A model generated the notes under the pieces. It was given only the letters and a program-made list of their open reading frames with translations, searched no databases and was not told where the DNA came from. The translations under genes and the position numbers were made by a program. A stretch of DNA of 64,000 nucleotides. It comes from Planctomycetota bacterium (GTDB lineage: Bacteria; Planctomycetota; PLA2; JAEUHO01). Location of the stretch: the NCBI GenBank assembly GCA_050248855.1, contig JBFWRP010000001.1, forward strand, positions 59,134 through 123,133, in the 5' to 3' direction. Below are positions 62,801-64,000 of the stretch, one piece after another (the first letter of the stretch is position 1; every line of letters begins with the position of its first letter).

Positions 62801-63470
62801 CGACGCTCACGCGCACGCCGCGCACGGGTCCGTCCTCTTCGCGATCGGGCAAGAGGAGGGCCACGAGCTCCGCGGACGTGGAGATCTCGAAGTCGGCGGC
62901 CTCTCCCGAGCGGGCGAGGCCGATGGTCTGCCAGCGCGCGTCCGGGCGCAGGAACGACAGGCGCCATACGCCTGCATGGAGGCGGTCGAAGCGATAGCGC
63001 CCGGTCTCGTCCGTGCTCGTGCGGTGGGCGATCCCGCTGAGCGAGGGCACGGCGCGCGCTTCCACGACGGCGCCCGCCAGCGTGACGCCGTCCCGCGTCA
63101 GGCGGCCCCCCACCTCCGCGGCAGGCAGCAAGCGAACGACGTCGGAGCCGGACGCGGTCGCCCGCCAGCGCGCCGGGGCATGGCCCGGTGCCGACCAGAC
63201 GAACGCGCCCGCGCGGGCCCGGGCCGCGAGATCGCCGCGCATCACGAGGCGTCCTCCGGCGTCGGCTCGCGCGACTTCCTCCCCGGCGCCCGCGAGGACG
63301 AGCGCCTCGCGCTCGAGAGGCGGCGCGACGAGGACCGCGCCGGCCAGCGGCCGTCCGCGGGCGTCGAGCACCACGACGGACGCATCCTCGCCCTCGGCCC
63401 GGCCCGCGCGCAGGCCCCCCGCCACGCACGTGACGAACACCAGGAGCAGCCCGGCGCGGACGCGCGTCAT
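59823..63470 (-). CDS. Large secreted protein of tandem carboxypeptidase-regulatory-like / Ig-like beta-sandwich domains
   Basis: Signal peptide MTRVRAGLLLVFVTCVAGG. At least 8 repeats of a D(E/A)xGRFR(F)xx(L/V) motif: TDETGRYRFDRL, SGEDGRFVLAGV, TGADGRFRFPGL, TGPDGRFRVEHL, SDPYGRFRFEGV, TDARGRFRLVGL. Start at 63470 overlaps the tsaE stop (ATGA), and the stop overlaps the sigma start. Confidence 0.75.
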   Translation of the reverse strand: MTRVRAGLLLVFVTCVAGGLRAGRAEGEDASVVVLDARGRPLAGAVLVAPPLEREALVLAGAGEEVARADAGGRLVMRGDLAARARAGAFVWSAPGHAPARWRATASGSDVVRLLPAAEVGGRLTRDGVTLAGAVVEARAVPSLSGIAHRTSTDETGRYRFDRLHAGVWRLSFLRPDARWQTIGLARSGEAADFEISTSAELVALLLPDREEDGPVRGVRVSVVARDGSAAVSTGLSDDEGRVLVSRLEEGAYDVRLDDERWIWSGPPPRIVVDRPGRVVSATWVVVPRRTYRGRVLDAAGKPVANARIEVVDAGADPAPDDPLRARATSGEDGRFVLAGVRPDRPFRVLVMAPTAPPWLGPVEDRSNDTNDDLGDIELDRSTSLRVRATGPDGRAPPGIEMEVAPRDRRQAFGDDALEGLRAHAVADADGEARFAAVPLVDLVVVARAAGWRPARVVVDAATVKSGRPVKIDLVPAEPLAGRVLTADPRDPRRGPWVVIARPADDASAYLGLRTGADGRFRFPGLRGVTHRLEVHEDEGGAGLPLAVLDGVVPGAEDEVEIALAPRAAVAGSVSGLERRGGTTELLVAQPVPADDDDVQAPAWRTVLRLRLEPRVVEAEFRVGGLPSGVYALRARQGGRTSPPEIVVVREDDVQDVRLHVPGEASLAFRAVDGAGVGVPGLRVLAWADEGEEGDALRDLPRRPAASDIHVVLADDAGDVAFDSLAAGRWRIVVDDPRRASTDRVVVLEEGERRVLDDWVVEAGGTLLGTVLDASGLGSDGSLVIVRPLEGTASARRVRTGPDGRFRVEHLAPGSWIVEVARGLGGEGRQAVTVTLRHDEETEVELGPAGTAAVRGEIVRAGRPVAGARVLLEVRAEESEAEEAPGAWHATSDPYGRFRFEGVAVGRARLEVAVDATRIVRRFLLEEHDEEVVDIEVHDGRIVGRVQDLDGRPVTGAWVEARRPGTPDRVPALAQGKTDARGRFRLVGLALEDVDVRATAIGMPPGRAYGVRPDPPSGERETVITLGRGGSVLVTAVDEWGQGVSYAQVQIVDAAGRALLAWPRRTAAFGRVEVRGVPEGTWYVLVARRGLGSPPARAVQVREGLVSEVEIELVAPGALHVLVTGPSDAAVAAVRVAVVRLADGAVLAEGERPRRQRPGEDELEEGSGIVAVPDLAPGTYAVEVVPAPREAPSRMEVEVGEGEPLVVPFDLTAPR

Positions 63471-64000
63471 GCCGCCCCCCCGCACGTCTCGGCGAGCAGC
63501 CTCGACCACGCGGCGAGCACGCGGGCGGCTACGGGGCCTTGCGCTGCGGCCTCGAGGTGGCGGGGATCGCCGCGCTCCGGGTCCGCGGACGAGGCCAGGA
63601 GAGGCCCGCCGACCGGCTGGAGCTCGAGCACGAGGTGGTCCTCCCCCAGGGCGCCGGTCACGCGATCGCCCCATTCGACGGCAACGAGCGCTTCGTCCTG
63701 CAGCAGATCCGGGAATCCGATGGCTTCCAGGTCCTCGGCGCCCCCCAGGCGGTAGGCATCGAGGTGGTGCAAGGTCCATGGGCCCCCCGGACCGTCGGCG
63801 AGCGGGAGGGTGCGCAGCAGCGTGAACGTCGGACTGGTGACGCGAGCCCCGGGGGGCAGGCCGAGCGCGGTGGCCAGGGCGCGCACGAAGGCGGTCTTGC
63901 CGCTCCCCAGCGGCCCGCGCAGGTCGATCACGAAGCGTCGGCACGCGCTCGTGCGGAGTGCGGAAGCCAGTGCCGCGGCGACGCGGGCCGTCGTGGGGAG
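63467..64000 (-). CDS. tsaE: tRNA t6A37 threonylcarbamoyladenosine biosynthesis protein TsaE (5' end outside window)
   Basis: P-loop GPLGSGKTAF, SPTFTL, and YHLDAYRL motifs. The reading frame stays open to the window edge with a TsaE-like N-terminal segment (LASALRTSA). Confidence 0.8.
   Translation of the reverse strand, partial: LPTTARVAAALASALRTSACRRFVIDLRGPLGSGKTAFVRALATALGLPPGARVTSPTFTLLRTLPLADGPGGPWTLHHLDAYRLGGAEDLEAIGFPDLLQDEALVAVEWGDRVTGALGEDHLVLELQPVGGPLLASSADPERGDPRHLEAAAQGPVAARVLAAWSRLLAETCGGAA

Noticed and set aside
59607-63755. 1382-aa plus-strand ORF
   Set aside because: Antisense to the beta-sandwich-repeat gene, whose repeated GRFR motifs mark the real frame. No motifs in the plus-strand translation.
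1-64000. CRISPR arrays, prophage or transposase genes
   Set aside because: No evenly spaced direct repeats with unique spacers, and no integrase, transposase or phage structural genes, were recognised by eye.

Overview
This is a very GC-rich (about 70%) bacterial chromosomal window. It looks deltaproteobacterial or myxobacterial, but that is inferred from composition and gene content only. Most of the six-frame track is shadow ORFs typical of high-GC DNA, rich in R, P, A, G and S. I kept only ORFs with recognisable family motifs, signal peptides, or tight ATGA/GTGA overlaps with neighbouring genes.

Housekeeping genes recognised: cca, purM, dxr, rseP, a UbiA-family prenyltransferase, cls, sfsA, tmRNA (ssrA), smpB, an rlmI-like methyltransferase, an Nfu-type Fe-S protein, acnA, clpS, gcvT, gcvH, lgt, and tsaE (its 5' end is cut by the window edge).

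The accessory or unusual content, in rough order of interest:
- a 2,935-codon ORF (38968..47775) with a signal peptide, VIT and vWA domains and then an alpha-helical tail of about 2,100 residues. This is the strongest candidate for an undescribed system.
- a neighbourhood next to it holding an orphan clpS, two tiny cysteine-rich lipoproteins and a secreted HEAT+vWA protein.
- a five-gene, tightly overlapped minus-strand operon: cca, a HEAT-repeat protein, a permease-less ABC ATPase with a TOBE-like C-terminal domain, a pentaheme c-type cytochrome lipoprotein and a TPR protein.
- a family of about 100-bp palindromic MITE/REP-like elements, at least three copies, one between a DUF3299 gene and the tmRNA.
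- a 15-bp x3 tandem repeat in a divergent promoter region.
- an sfsA / LolD-like ATPase / FtsX permease cluster followed by two DUF3299 paralogs.
- a TgpA-like transglutaminase / DUF58 pair with no MoxR gene.
- a 1,215-aa secreted protein built of repeated carboxypeptidase-regulatory-like beta-sandwich domains, apparently coupled at both ends to tsaE and an ECF sigma factor / anti-sigma pair.

No CRISPR array, integrase or transposase was seen.
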